From assembly GCF_009914755.1 (NCBI RefSeq), contig NC_060933.1: a stretch of DNA of 64,000 nt, one strand, 5' to 3'. Under the pieces are notes generated by a model, which saw only the letters and a list, made by a program, of their open reading frames with translations, was not told where the DNA came from and ran no database searches. The stretch comes from the human T2T-CHM13v2.0 reference genome, Homo sapiens. Below are positions 35,658 through 49,095 of the stretch, piece by piece. Position 1 is the stretch's first letter; each line of letters begins with the position of its first letter. The position numbers and the translations under genes are program-made.

Positions 35658-36301
35658 CAATTAAAATTATATTAATAAAATATATTAAAACTAAAGACAA
35701 AATAAGATGAAATAGTAGTGATGGGATATTCTTTATTTATAAATTATTTATATGTAAGTATTTACTAAGATTGAGAGAAGAAAATATCTGAGACTCCACC
35801 ACTAGCAACCTATACCACAAAATATTTCTTTAGTGGATTGTCATAACACTTGATTAAAATTCAATTCTTAATAACAATAGCAGTGATCTTTATATTGCCT
35901 TATCAGATCAATGTTTGAATACTGATTTAAACGTGGATCCAGCCTAGAAGGTTAGTGTGTTGCAATGGAGATGAAGAAAAAGCATAGACATTAAGTTTGA
36001 AATACTTAGCTTTATGTACTCATTTACATTCTGGTTCCTAGTTGCTATTAGGTGAGAATAATGACAATATCATAAAGTATTAGTGATGTTATTTTCATAA
36101 GCATTATTTTTCTTTCTGCAAAAACCACTTCTCTGTTATAGTTCTGATTATAAATCTCAACATTTCAGGGTCCCTTGAAACTTTTATATTTTCGAAACTC
36201 AAATTCTTCACACTATTCTCACAGCCATCACGCTTGCTTTAGGAATTTCCTACCACAGTGATATCTCAGTTATTTTTTTTCTTGCAATTATCTAATACAT
36301 A

Positions 36302-36582
36302 TTTTTTCTTTTTTTTTCTTTTTTTTAAATTATACTTTAAGTTTTAGGGTACATGTGCACAATGTGCAGGTTAGTTACATATGTATACATGTGCCATGCT
36401 GGTGCGCTGCACCCACTAACTCGTCATCTAGCATTAGGTTTATCTCCCAATGCTATCCCTCCCCCCTCCCCCCACCCCACAACAGTCCCCAGAGTGTGAT
36501 GTTCCCCTTCCTGTGTCCATGTGTTCTCATTGTTCAATTCCCACCTATGAGTGAGAATATGCGGTGTTTGGTTTTTTGTTCT
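36302..36582 (-). mobile_element. L1PA2-like 3' end, heavily 5'-truncated (about 280 bp)
   Basis: 'caggttagttacatatg...ggtgcgctgcacccactaactcgtcatctagcattagg'; GAG rather than ACA at the Ta diagnostic site; short TSD tatttt. Confidence 0.88.
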
Positions 36583-37784
36583 ATTTTAAGTTATTTAAAA
36601 TATCTGATGTGATTTATGTTTTACTGATCCCTAACCATTAAGATGTCTACAAAGATTTAAATAGAATAATTTAACAATGAGGGTTCTTGTAATTTAGTAA
36701 AAATAGTGAAAAACAGCTATCTACTCACTCACATAACAAAAACAGGATTGCATTAAATTAAGATCATGAACTCTGGATCTCAGATGCCTTGGCTGTAATC
36801 CTTGCTCTGACAATTACTATGTGGTCATAGGAAAATCCCGACATTTAGCATATTTTTTATTTACTCTATAATTGTTTCTTAAATTTGTATATTAAATTAG
36901 TTGCAGACCTTATTATGAATATTAAAAAATTGAGATAAAGCCTCTTTCAGCTTGTGATTTACAGCCTACTAGAGAAATGCATGTAATTCAACAATAATAA
37001 TGCTAAATTTTAGAGAAGTCTTAAAGAAAATTTTCAGAGCAATTAATTTCTCATCTTATTATAAATTCAGAGTAGCCCTGGTAGTTAGTAAAGTACAATG
37101 ATTAAAATAAGGTTCTCATTATTAATGTATACACGTAATGCAAGTACTATGAGACCACCACCAGAAATCATCCCATTTTAACGTTTGCCTTATTTCAAAC
37201 CTACTTTGTCCCCACCCCAACTAGAAATAAAAATCGAATATAATAAAAGCATTTGTATACACTGTTCCTTTTGTTTATCTTGATTTCTCAGAGATAATCA
37301 TTATATATCTGATAGGGTACATATCCAGCTGTACAGTAAGAAATGTGAATTTGCACCATTTTTATATGTTTTCAAATTGTCCTCCAAGATGTTTTCCTCC
37401 TACTATGGTAGAGTACATTCAGTACTAATCTTTATAGAGTTTGACCAACAGAATATTAGCAGGTATAATAAAAGCTGAAGCTTTAGCTATCCTGGCTCAG
37501 TTTTTTTGTGCCTAACGTGCGCTCAGATGACCTGCCATGGGAAGATCATGCCATATATAACTGCTGCCCTTTCTGCTAAGATTGAAAGTATACTCCAGCT
37601 ACTGTCCCTCTTAATTTATTCCAGGATAGTCAATGCTCCTCACCAGAGTCCCAGTAATTGTCTCAACAAGTTATGCTTAAGGATAGATTACCTTGCAGTA
37701 TTATGGCAAAATTTTGCACAAGAATTCCTCAATGCTATAACCATCAACTTTTTATATCTATTTACATGGGCAGTAGCCCAATTA

Positions 37785-38114
37785 CTGTTATCCATTGGTA
37801 TCCATAGGGCATTAGTTCCAGGACCTCCATGTATACCAAAATTTGTGGATGCTCAAGTCCGCATTATAAAATGATGTAGTATTTGCACATAACGTATGCA
37901 CATCCTCCTGTATACTTAAAATCACTTCCAGATTACTTACAATACTTAACACAATATAAATTCTATGTAAATAGTTGTTATACTGTATTGCTTATGGAAT
38001 AATATAAGAAAAGAAGTCGGTACATATTCAGTACAGACATTATTTTTCTGAATATTTTGAGTCCACGGTTGACTGAATCTGAATGCAAAATGCACAGATT
38101 CGCAGGGCCAACCG
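37785..38114 (+). mobile_element. MER2 (TcMar-Tigger non-autonomous DNA transposon)
   Basis: 'ggtatccatagggcattagttccaggacc...ggatgctcaagtcc...tagtatttgca...ggttgactgaatc...agggccaaccg'. Confidence 0.85.
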
Positions 38115-39725
38115 CACTTGGTTCTGCCAATGTCTTTCGTATCTCCTGCCTTTTCTTTGAAAGGGAGTTCAAATCTCATTATGCCACAGAAAATTGCCCC
38201 AAACACGACTTTGTTCCCCTTTTACTTTAATTGTTTTATTCCAGAAAGCGTATCTCCTTAAATTCATTATTTCTTTCCTGTAATATGGACATTAAAAAGG
38301 CATAGCCACTCTAAAATTCGGTATAACACTGATGTCCTCCATTATCAACATATGGAGGATTCATTCTGAGACCGGACAGTAATGGGCAGAGCTGTCTGTG
38401 GTCACTGTCTACCATTCTGTGAGAGTGCTATTGGAACTGACTTGTCTACCGCAGTACAAAATGACAAAAAAATAAATCAGATCTAAGAGTATAAATCTTT
38501 GCTCAAGTTCACAGTTTGCTAGCATCTCTAGGCTTATGGCTGAGATGGAGGCAACTAGGGTTAAGACCTTACTTAAGCTCTATTATAATATTCCAAGCAT
38601 CATTTAGCTTTCATAGACACAAAACTGGAGCATTGAAGGCTACAGACACGATGTACTGATGTACTGGCTATAAAGTTTACAATATTTTTACTGCATGTGA
38701 AGATGTAAGATACTATTTACATTTTGATGGGAAACCTGGGAGCTCCAAAGAAAGAATTGAGCCACATTCTAAGTATCCTGAATTTAGGATCCATAGTTTT
38801 ATATTTTATCTAAAATTTAATCTGGCTTCCAAGAAGCCTTAACTGACATCACACAATCCATGTGTTTTATCTGATTTCTACCAATTGCTAGCCTTGCTAT
38901 TCCATCAGGCAGAAGTCTGATCACACTTAATGATCGAATATCTTATACCTATTGAAATAAAATAGTCATTACAAATCCAGCCAATGCTTTGCTTCCAGGA
39001 ACTGGATTTTCTTTCATGCTCCCTATGAATGGACAACCGTCCACGCTTTCTTTTTCACAAAAAGTTTGTACAGCCATGCTACATTGTAAACAGATATCAA
39101 TAATTAAGTTCTATGCACCCTGGTTTTCTGCCATTTTCTGTAGTATAGACTGGGTACTTGGACTTGAAAACTTCTAGAACCAAGAGACCTGGGAATGTTT
39201 CATCTTGGGAACTCCCATTCTTCAGCGTGTTAATTGTGTAGTTTCTTTAATCAGGTTTTAACTTACTTAGTCTTAAGTTTAATCAATTTCACAACTTTTT
39301 ATTTCTCCTAAGTGAGACACCGCTTATTCATATTAGGACATCTGAATAAAAACATTCATGGATTTAAAATTGTACACATTGTCTTTACAAATGATTGTAT
39401 ATTGTCATGCCTACTTTCCTGGAACCCCTACACTTAAATGAGTCCTTATACCTTCATTGTTCTCCCTAAAAAAAAGTTTTGGGATCTTTCTGTTCTATAT
39501 GTCTGTTCACCATTCAGAACGTTGGACATGTATCCATCATTAATTTCTCTCCTTGTACAGTACTATACACCTGTCATTCTAACATATTTCTTCCAATTTC
39601 ATCTAGAGAAGTAATCTGTGTTAGGAGATATAAATTCCATCAGTTCTGGATCTGGCAGAAACATCAGTTATGCAAATAGATGGTTCTTGCCTTCTCCATT
39701 TTTAGTAGTGTAATTCCATCTAGAA

Positions 39726-40198
39726 GAGTGTTTTTTAACCTTTTTATTCCAAGAACTTGTTTGGCAGTCTGGTGAAGCTGATCCCTTCTCAAAACAATGT
39801 TTTAAACAAAAAAGCTTAAGAATACAATATATATTTTATTGGAATAGATACCAAAGTATTAGAAATTGTGATATAGTAATACCTGTGTCTTTATTAAATG
39901 ATTATGTATCATACCTTGCTCTCTGTCTAAAAACTGTCATACTTTTTAGAATGATAAACATAAAGGATAGTTCAAAATATTTACAGTTGTAAATATGATA
40001 CAAAATACCTGTAAATTCTGTTAGTGACAAGCCATGATATTGCTAATATTTGTTGCCTATACTCATAATTGAAAGCAACAGTACATTTCAATTAGACCTT
40101 AGTGAGAATGAAAATGTAACATATTCTCATTCAAGTTTATGAATCCCTAAACTCTATTCAAGTGTCCCTTTGTGCTCATGTACTCCTGGTTAAGAAAA
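39726..40198 (+). mobile_element. MER119-like hAT-Charlie DNA transposon
   Basis: 'ttaacctttt...tttggcagtctggtgaagc...cccttctca' start and 'ctggttaagaa' end. Confidence 0.6.
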
Positions 40199-40249
40199 TA
40201 TGATCCACAAAGGCAAAAGTACCTAAGGTTCAGGAAAGACATAATGTGG

Positions 40250-40349
40250 AATTACAGGCTTACCTGGGATTGAAAGATTTCCCATATATAACATTTTCAG
40301 TGCTGAAACAGAGACAGTCACAGGCAAACTTGAATAGTTGGTCTCTCTA
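40250..40349. mobile_element. MER94-like hAT MITE
   Basis: 'tttcagtgctgaaac...gacagtcacaggcaaacttgaatagttggtctctcta'. Confidence 0.55.
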
Positions 40350-40589
40350 GGGAGCTCCCACCACTGAAAGACACCTTGTGAAAGTCATTTTTTTTTTTTT
40401 TTTTTGGAAAATCAAGAAATCCAAGGGAGAAGAGGGTGGAAATGAATGCTGAGTACAAAAACTATATTTTACATCATTCATACTCAACATTCACACAATC
40501 ACCTTCTCATGATACACTTTTGAAATAACAACTACACTAAAAAGACATAATTCCTAAATCTTACCAATTAACTGTACTGCAGACAGTTC

Positions 40590-41025
40590 TATATTAATTT
40601 CTAATTGCTGCTATAAAATGACTATAAATTTATCTATTTAAAATCACAAATATATTCTCTTAAGTTCTGACAGGAAGGGTCTAAAATGGGTCTTCAGGGC
40701 TGCATTTCTTCTGGATACTCTAGGGAGAACCTTTATGTGCCTTTCCGGCTGCTAGATACTGCCTACATCCTGTGGCTCAAGGACCCTTCCTCCATCTTCA
40801 AAGTCGGCAGCACAGCATTATCTGTCTTGTCTGACTTCCTGGCTTTTTCTTGTAAGTGCTACTGTGATTATATTGAGCCTACCTAGATAATACAGGATAA
40901 TCTTCTTATCATAGGGTTCTTAACTTAATCACATCTGCAAAGTTTCTTTGAATGTAAGGTCACATATTCACAGGCTTCTGGAATTAGGATATGGGCAGTT
41001 TGGGGAGAATTATTCAGCCTACCTC
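40590..41025 (-). mobile_element. MLT1B/C-like MaLR LTR
   Basis: 'ttgctgctata...cagggctgcatttcttctgga...ctagggagaa...cttaatcacatctgcaaagt...attcagcctacc'. Confidence 0.75.
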
Positions 41026-41285
41026 AAAACCCAAGTCTAGAATTCCAGGGTCATAGATGTATTAATCCTGTGTAACAAAGCCAATATATTAATACGTGAT
41101 CAAAGACACAACTTTATGAAAGCAGAGCCAGGGGCTATCACATTGGCTAACTGAGAGATTTGCTCCATTATTACTCCTGGCCTCTCTGTCAATTTGAGTA
41201 TCTCCTGATTTATTCTCAAGCTTAGATTTCAGTTTTAATCAGTGTCTAATCTGATGTTAAACTTGTCTTCTGAGTCCTTCATATC

Positions 41286-41670
41286 TGCTATTGTCTGAAT
41301 ATTTGTGTCCCTCTCCTCACAAATTTATATGTTGAAATCTAATCACCAACATGATAGCATTAGGAGGTAGAGTCTTTGGGAGATGATTAGGTAATGCGGT
41401 AGAGCTCTCATAAATGATTATTGCTCTTTTAAAAGAAGCCCCAGAGAAGTGCCTTCTCCTCTTGCATCATGTGAAGACTCAGCTAGAAGCTCGATCTGTG
41501 AACCAGTAAGCAGGTCCTTACAAGACAAGAATTTGCCTTGATCTTAACCTTTCCTGACTCTAGAACTGTGAGAAGTAAACTTCTTCCTTTTTAAAATAAG
41601 CTATAATACTATAACTATAATAATACTATAAATCAGATGTATAGTGTTTTGTTATAACAGGCCAAAAATG
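41286..41670 (+). mobile_element. MLT1A-like MaLR LTR
   Basis: 'tgctattgtctgaatatttgtgtccc...aaatttatatgttgaaatctaa...agaactgtgagaagtaaac...tttgttataacag'. Confidence 0.8.
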
Positions 41671-41697
41671 TAGTATATTTAGATTTAAATATTTTCT

Positions 41698-41737
41698 TGT
41701 GATTCTTGCTTATAGCCTGTGATTCTTGCTTATAGCC
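41698..41737. repeat. Perfect 20-bp tandem duplication
   Basis: (tgtgattcttgcttatagcc)x2. Confidence 0.95.
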
Positions 41738-41854
41738 ATTATATTTTCTTTATGTTTTAAACATATCTTGAAAGTGTACCAAATGAATATTCAAAATATT
41801 GCACAGTTTTTTCTGAATTTTAACACTAAACATAACTTTATGAAAATTATATAT

Positions 41855-42146
41855 ATTTTTTTATTTATTTTTGAGACAGCGTCTCACTCTGTTGCCCAGG
41901 CAGGAGTGTAGTAGCACAGTCACAGCTCGCTGCAACCTCAAGCCATCTTCTCACCTCAGCCTCCTGGGTAGCTGGGACTGCAGTTGTACTGCCATATCTG
42001 GCTAATTTTTGTGTGTGTATATTTTTTGTAGAGACAGAGTTTCACCATGTTACCCAGGCTGGTCCCGAATTCCCAGGCTCGAGTGATCTGCCTGCCTCAG
42101 CCTCCCAAAATGTCTGGATTGCCAGCATGAGCCAGCATGCCTAGTC
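41855..42146 (-). mobile_element. AluJ
   Basis: 'tttttgagacagcgtctcactctgttgcccagg...ggctcgagtgatctgcctgcctcagcctcccaaa'. Confidence 0.85.
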
Positions 42147-42506
42147 GAAAATTGTATTTTCTAGGCTCCCTGTGATAGTCACAGAGTTTCTTCAAGAGCT
42201 AAGTGTTTGGGGCATCTCATTAAAGTATTTGTTCTAGAAGCTAACCATTGAGGTCAAAGAGACTAAAGTATTTACTGAAGTAAATATTCCAAAATATGTG
42301 ATGCATTATTGTTTAAAATACGTGAAAAACATATTATGAATGCATTATAACTTTTTCCAGCTATTGTTATATGAGGAAAAATCTACAATACTAACATTTC
42401 CTGCAAACCAAAATTAAATGATGATGTTTATTTACCATATCATACATTCTTTATCATAGAAACTTTAAGTAAATCTACTTAGACTAAGTGTGATTGAAAT
42501 CACTTA

Positions 42507-42778
42507 GGCCCTGCACCGGTGGCTCGCGCCTGTAATCGCAGCACTTTGGGAGGCTGAGGCAGGCGGATTACGAGGTCAGGAGTTCAAGAGCAGCCTGACC
42601 AACATGGTGAAACCTCGTCTCTACTAAAAATACAAAAATTAGCCAGGAATGGTGGCATGTGCCTGTAATCCCAGCTACTCAGAAGGCAAGGTAGGAGAAT
42701 TCCTTGAACCCGGGAGGCAGAGGTTGCAGTGAGCCGAGAGCCTGGGCAACAGAGCAAGACTCCATGTAAAAAAAAAAA
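42507..42778 (+). mobile_element. AluS (Sg-like) with a small right-arm deletion
   Basis: 'ggattacgaggtcaggagttc'; TSD aaatcactta at 42497-42506 and 42776-42785. Confidence 0.9.
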
Positions 42779-43080
42779 TCACTTACAGTATTATTTCTGG
42801 TATTTAAAGTTTTAAGTTAATGTTTCTAATGGACTATATTTTTCTTAGCTTTCAAAATGACATTTCTAAGAGAACTTAAAAAGTTAGCTAAGACATCCTC
42901 CTTGTATGCATGCGTTTTGATTTAGACCCAGGCTCTTAAGAATTACACATAGAACCGTTTAGAATTGAATCCTCGCGTATTGCTATGGATTAATCTCTTG
43001 ATACCCCTTTTCAAACTATTGTACTTCAGCCCTATCGAGACTACTGCTGTGCCTAGCACCTCATGCTGTTTGCTGCCTCC

Positions 43081-43432
43081 TGTCAAATAACTGATTCTTG
43101 AAAGTACCATAAAGACAACTTGATGATAAACAAAAACACCAAAGCTGTTTTTGTTCCTACCATAGTAAGGGAGATTAACTTGACAGATTCTTAGCAGTGT
43201 CTCATAGGAAAATAACAGTCTGGATATATAAGTCTTTGCAGTATGACTTAAGGGAAGTCTTTCAATGTGAGGGCTTGACTAGAAGTAGGTAACTATTATG
43301 ACATAATAGATTAGGACTGGTGGACAAGGATGTAGGCAAGACAAGAATTGTGAGGAGGTTTGGAAGCATCATGGAGTTAAACAATCATTTGATTCTATCC
43401 ATTGAAAAGTCGAAAGTCTGACATCAATTTAA

Positions 43433-43469
<37 letters not shown>

Positions 43470-43660
43470 AACAAGTTCCTGAAACAGAATAAGGATACTG
43501 AAGTTTATATTTTCCTACAAAATGTTTCTAGGTATATTATATTAAATTTATCTTGATGAAGGCCTTGGATTAGTAAAGTCATATTAATGAAGACAGATAA
43601 AGTCAGGTCAATATAGTTAGTAAGCTGTGTGGCTATACTATAGTTGGCTTCTGTTTGTCA
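43081..43660. mobile_element. Probable ERVL-type LTR (LTR52-like)
   Basis: TG...CA bounded block containing 'agtaaagtcatattaatgaagacag...agtaagctgtgtgg'; family assignment from memory only. Confidence 0.45.
43434..43463. repeat. (TG)n microsatellite
   Basis: About 15 TG units. Confidence 0.95.
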
Positions 43661-44379
43661 ATCCTTACCTTTGAACATATCTATCTTTTTTTTCTTTTTT
43701 TTTTAAGAATGGTCTCTTTCCCCTTATAATATTGGAAACTTTTGCTAATTTTTCTACAATGCTTTTCTTGCAGACGTCCCTCATGATTCATTGGTTATAC
43801 TCTTGTTTATATTATTATTATTTTCTTTATTACTAATCTTATGAATCAGTTATGAGATTGTATTGTATTTTTTCTTCTTAACTTAAACAGTTACCATTTT
43901 ATAGTCAAACCGCCTGTAAATTTTCTTCTATTCAGCATTATCACACTAACTTAACTTTTCTTCTTTATCGTATACTAATTCCCACCTGTGGTCTTCCCCA
44001 GACCCTTACTCCCAGTCATTCCCACTCACAGGATTTGGAAGAAATGCTCTAGCACAAGACTTTTGTGTATTCGCCTGCTTAAGGGGTCTGTGGGAAGGGG
44101 ATTGTTGCAGAATGAGTACGTACAAGCAGATTTCTCTTTTGTGGGAAAGGAAAGGAAACAAACCTGATAATTCTTTCTTTCTCATTGCACTTGAATCTGT
44201 GTGTTAAAATTACTGACTTGCAAGTCTGTCTCTGCTAATAATCAATGAAAACCTTGACAGAAGGGAACAGATCATATTCATTATTGATATTATAAACAAA
44301 TGCCATTGTATGGTTTTAATGTTTACATAAATGCTATAAGATTTTGAAAATCGCCTTTTTTCACTTTTTGTGAAAATTT

Positions 44380-47000
44380 TCCTAGTAAACAAAGTATTTT
44401 GTTGCTTTCTGTTTCCTTTTTTGAAACTTAAAAATGCTTAAGTTCTCATCCCTTCACATGTCTCTCTAAGCATACAAACCTCCATTTTCAGTTTTTAACG
44501 AACATTGCCAAATTGTTCTCCAAGGTGATTGTGCTAATTTTCATTCCCTGGAGCTATACACTGGTTGATGAAAGTTTTAGAATTTTTTCATTTTTGTCAA
44601 CCTAAACTGTGTAAAATGGTTCATTTTTTAATTATGCCTCTTGCTGATTGAAAGTCCTCTCAATATGTATTTTGTCTTTTAATTTTGTTTATAGTGCTAT
44701 TAATTATAGTTATTTCGGTAGTATAATCAAATTCATCCATATTTTCATTTGAGATTTTTATGAATTTAATCTAACTTTTTTATATGTAATGAGAAAGAGT
44801 GTATAAAGTGAGATAATGAATTGATTTTGTTTTCCACTTGAAACCAATTGCTGATGCTTTCTCCACTAAATTCTAGCACCACATTGATCATACACCAGAG
44901 CCCAACATGTGGCTATGTCAGTTCCAAGTTATTTATTCCAATATTATCTCTGTGCATGGAGATCAAAATATTTAAATTCTTGTAGCTTTATAATAAGATT
45001 TATTTTTAGTAGAAACTCCCCAATTCCTGCCCTTATTTTCCTTTTTAATACTGGCTCATGTACGCTTTAACTTTATTCTGCTATATAGGTTTTTGAGTTA
45101 TCTTTGATTAATACCATAGAACATCCTTTAACAATTTTAACTGGAATACATTTATGAGTAAATTTGGAAAGAATGGATATCTTTCCATTCATAAATATTG
45201 TATACATATTATATATGTTGATATATATTCTGGTAATATTTTAAAAGCTTATTCATAAAAGTGCATACTTTGAATACATATTTCTTAATATATTTTATCA
45301 TTATCAATAATATATATTTGCTAAAGTTAGTAATGCTATTGATTTTTGCAAGGGGGTTGTGTATTTAGTAGCAGAATATTTTTCAATGCCATGAAATTAT
45401 GCATTTTTGGGGCAAGGCTGGGATTTTCTATTAAGATACCTTTATCACCAACAATAAAGAAAATGTCCCTGCCTTCATATAGGCATGGCAATCTCTTTCT
45501 TCTTGCCTTATTAAATTAGTTAGGGCCTCCTATAATGCATTTAATACGTATGCTTTGAGAAACCATGTACTTTTTCCAAATTTTATAGAAATACTTCCTA
45601 AATTTTGCTTTTGAATATTAATTTTCTTTAGAGTTTTGATGAGATCATTTGTCTTGTTTGAAGTTCATTTTTCTTTGGTCCTATATTCCAAGTTGGATTA
45701 TATTAAAAGTAGTATAAATTATAAGTAGGAAGCAATATAACAAAGTTGTTAACCATGCAAATTATGGAACCATATTGCCAGGGTTCAACTCTTGTCCCTA
45801 CTAGACTTGTAACTGTTGGCATGTTACTAACTGCTCTGTATCTCAAGTACCTCATCTGTACAATGGAAATAATTATACTACCCACCTCACAGATCAATAA
45901 ATTTGTAAATGGTTTTTGAAATGATTAGAACTCTACTTGGCACTAGGTACTAAATGTCAGTAAAATAGAAAATGGTACATTTTCACTCTATTTGTGGAGA
46001 TCATATTTTCTTGCTTGTCTAATAATATGTGGAATGATGTTACTAATTTTTCAATGTAAAAACTTTCTTATGCTTTAGAAAATAAACTCTATATGCAAAC
46101 TTTCATTATCCATTTTTCTTAATATGATAAAATTACCCTTTGTATATCTAATATTCATTTGAATTTTCCAAAAATTATTAAACCATTTTTATGTAAACAT
46201 TGCTCCTTCCATGCCAATATTTTCTTCTGCGTTAAGTTCTTCTTGGGAAAGTATGTATGTCAACAGTTCTTTCAAAGATTATAATCATAAGCTCTCTCAA
46301 TGTTTCTTTCACAATAGTCTAACTGAATAGAATTTTGGATTAACTACCAACCACTTTATATTTTGAAGAGATTCATTGTCTTCAGACACCTTTTGTTATT
46401 GATGAGGAGACTAGTCTCAGTTGGGTCCTTCCCTTTTATCCTTTAATATTTTTCTTTCTTTCATTTATAATTTAACTTTAATATAACTCAGTGAAGATTG
46501 ATGTTGTTGGTTTATCCTTCATGGAACTAATGTCCTTTAATCTGAACTCTCATGTTCTTCCTCAATCTTAACACTTACTGACATTATTTTTCTCCAATAC
46601 TCTCCTGTTGGAATTCTTAGTGGATATACTCTGGTAGTTCTTATATCTTCATCTCTTTTATGTTGTCTGTGTCTTTTCCATGCCTTTTTCTACACGTACT
46701 GTGTTCTAATTGCTTTCTTTAGACTTATATTTATATTCATCTTTCAGTTATTTCTACAGCTGTATCTAATACTTTTCCAAATATTTAATAGAAGTATGGC
46801 TATATGTGTTTTAATTTCATTAGTTATATTTTAATATAAGTCACTTGGCTTTTTTAAAGAATATGTGAGATGTTCTTATTTTTCTTGATTTTTATCGCTT
46901 TATTGTGTTGGACATTTTAAACGTGACTTTTAAACATATTAAATTTAATCTGTATTTTTTTGATGCTTACTCATTCTGAAAAATTAGTCTTTATATAAGG
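44380..47000 (-). mobile_element. Highly decayed L1ME-type fragments
   Basis: 'attgccaaattgttctccaaggtgattgtgctaattttcattccc', 'tgtagctttataataag', 'tagtaatgctattgattttt'; boundaries approximate. Confidence 0.5.
45745..45965 (+). mobile_element. MIR SINE
   Basis: 'gccagggttcaactc...ctctgtatctcaagtacctcatctgtacaatggaaataattatactacccacctcacag'. Confidence 0.8.
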
Positions 47001-47559
47001 GCTGTAGTGTCCAGTTCTCCCTTCATATGAGTGTGTGTGTGTTTATGTGTGTGTCTGAGTGCATGGTGACTGCACTTCATGAAGCTTGTTTTCTTAAATA
47101 CATTGTTATTCAAAGGTTAAGCCCTGCTCAGTGGGGTTGTATTATTTAGTAATATGGCATGTGTTGGGTTGTGGGACTATTTCTTTAAAGCAGATTAGTG
47201 TTTCTCACTTCTGAGACCATAAGAGTTTTCCTAGTTCTGAACTTATTTTGAAGTTAATTTCTGAATCTGTGTTCCTATGAACCACATTATACTAATTATA
47301 TTCTTATACCCAAGTATGGTGTATTACTCATTCCTAAGTCCTCATGGGAGGCTCTGGTTCTAGTCAAGATTCCACTTTGGCCACAGACTTCCTTTACACT
47401 TTCTTTATTTGACACTTAACAGATATTTTCACTTATGGGTCAGTCCTTCAAGACTCTCAACTATTTACAGTTATTTCAGTTGTTGCTTTTATTTACAGGT
47501 ATTAGAATCCAAACCCCCCACTCAATACTTCTGATGTACAAGTTCTGACAGTGTGATGT

Positions 47560-48022
47560 GATGTGGGGATTTCTGGGGGACATTAGACCCTTGTAAAAGA
47601 TCTGTGAGATCGAAACTATATTCATTCATTCTCTTGTGAGTTTCTAAAAAATTTTTCTTCATGACATGTGATATCAAAACAGATTTAATACCAAAAATGA
47701 TATGGGACTCTGGCTATCATCTATTAATCTAGAAATGAAATAAATTTGAAAATTCTCTGAAGCAATATAACTCATCTAATCATATTATTATTATTTTGTG
47801 AAATATTGTTACTATTCATAAAAATTTATGTCAGCATAGTACACATTTATTACTACTATTTAAGTGATTTCAGAAGTAATTTTTAAATTCTCTATCTTAA
47901 TTTCTAATAGAGTAAATATTAATCTATCATTTTAAGGTAATAGTAACAAAACTGCCCTTTTGGATCTCTATCAATATTTAGTGTGTAAGTGTTTCCTAAG
48001 ACCAAAGAATAGGATAGCCACT
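47560..48022. mobile_element. Charlie1-family hAT DNA transposon, internally deleted
   Basis: 'tctgtgagatcgaaactat', 'catgacatgtgatatc...acagatt', 'ctatcatctattaa', 'tcctaagaccaaa'. Confidence 0.55.
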
Positions 48023-49095
48023 TCTCTGGAGCATCAAACCTCAAATCCTAGTTATTATGAATTATATCTTGTTTAAATTTTGGTTTTTAGTTCCTTCAAA
48101 ATTCTGATTTTGAGTTTCCTCTTTTATGTCTTTCATTGAGGATTTTTCTTCCTTGACTTTGAGCTCTAGAATGTATTGATCGTTTTTCTTCTAATAATTT
48201 TTATGTGAGAAATTGGAAAGGGAAATTCACTTATCAGTTTAGTTGGGCAAATTAGTTGATAGCGGCCACAGTAATTAATCTTAATTTCCACCATCCAATC
48301 CAGTGACATTTTTGTTTTCCTCAATTTTGACATTTTTGGGTAGCAATGCCATGTGGGTAACTATAAACAAATACTAAAGTAAATGGAATTACAGTTATAA
48401 AGGTGCTTTCATTACTAATTTTTTTCACAATATCAAGAAAAGACTTTACTCAAAGTTTTATAACTGTTTATTCACATGAATATAATAATTACATTTTAGG
48501 ACTGCGTCAAAAAGACCAAATTGGGTTTCAGAGACAAAAGAAATTAAACACATAGACACTACAAGGACTATTTTCTCATTCCTTTTGAGAAACAGTAGGA
48601 ATTATTACTGTGTTTGATAATGCATAAAGCTGAAATAATTGGTATGTGTGTGAGTTCCACTTACATGGCTCTCTGGCAGGGTAGAAGAACCTCATCCACT
48701 TAGCCATTTGCTTGACACTTATGAGCCTGCCACATTCTCCACTGTTTGGAATATCAAAAGTGATATACAAATGATAAACCAGAGACAGAATAGCTTCTCA
48801 AAGCTCTACTTCTGTTTCCAGTGCACTCTAGGTGATGGCGATGGTCAGTACTTCTCGTGGAGTGAGAAACTGGGACTAGAGTGACAAACATCCGTGTCTG
48901 ACAGGGTGTGTTGCAGTTTTAGAATTGACAGGTGTAAGCCTTGGAAAACTCCACAGTCAAGAGAAACCAAAATAATTAGTCAATGAGATTACAATAATCA
49001 GGGACTACAATAAATGACAATAATCACACTATTAAGCTAGTAATAATATTCAGGACTAATGTCAGGATGTTGACCCTGAATTCATTTGAGCCCTG

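Noticed and set aside
36302-36582. L1HS-Ta insertion
   Set aside because: It has GAG, not ACA or ACG, at the 3'UTR diagnostic position.
38335-38359. Short hairpin tcctccat...atggagga
   Set aside because: An 8-bp stem is expected by chance in 64 kb.
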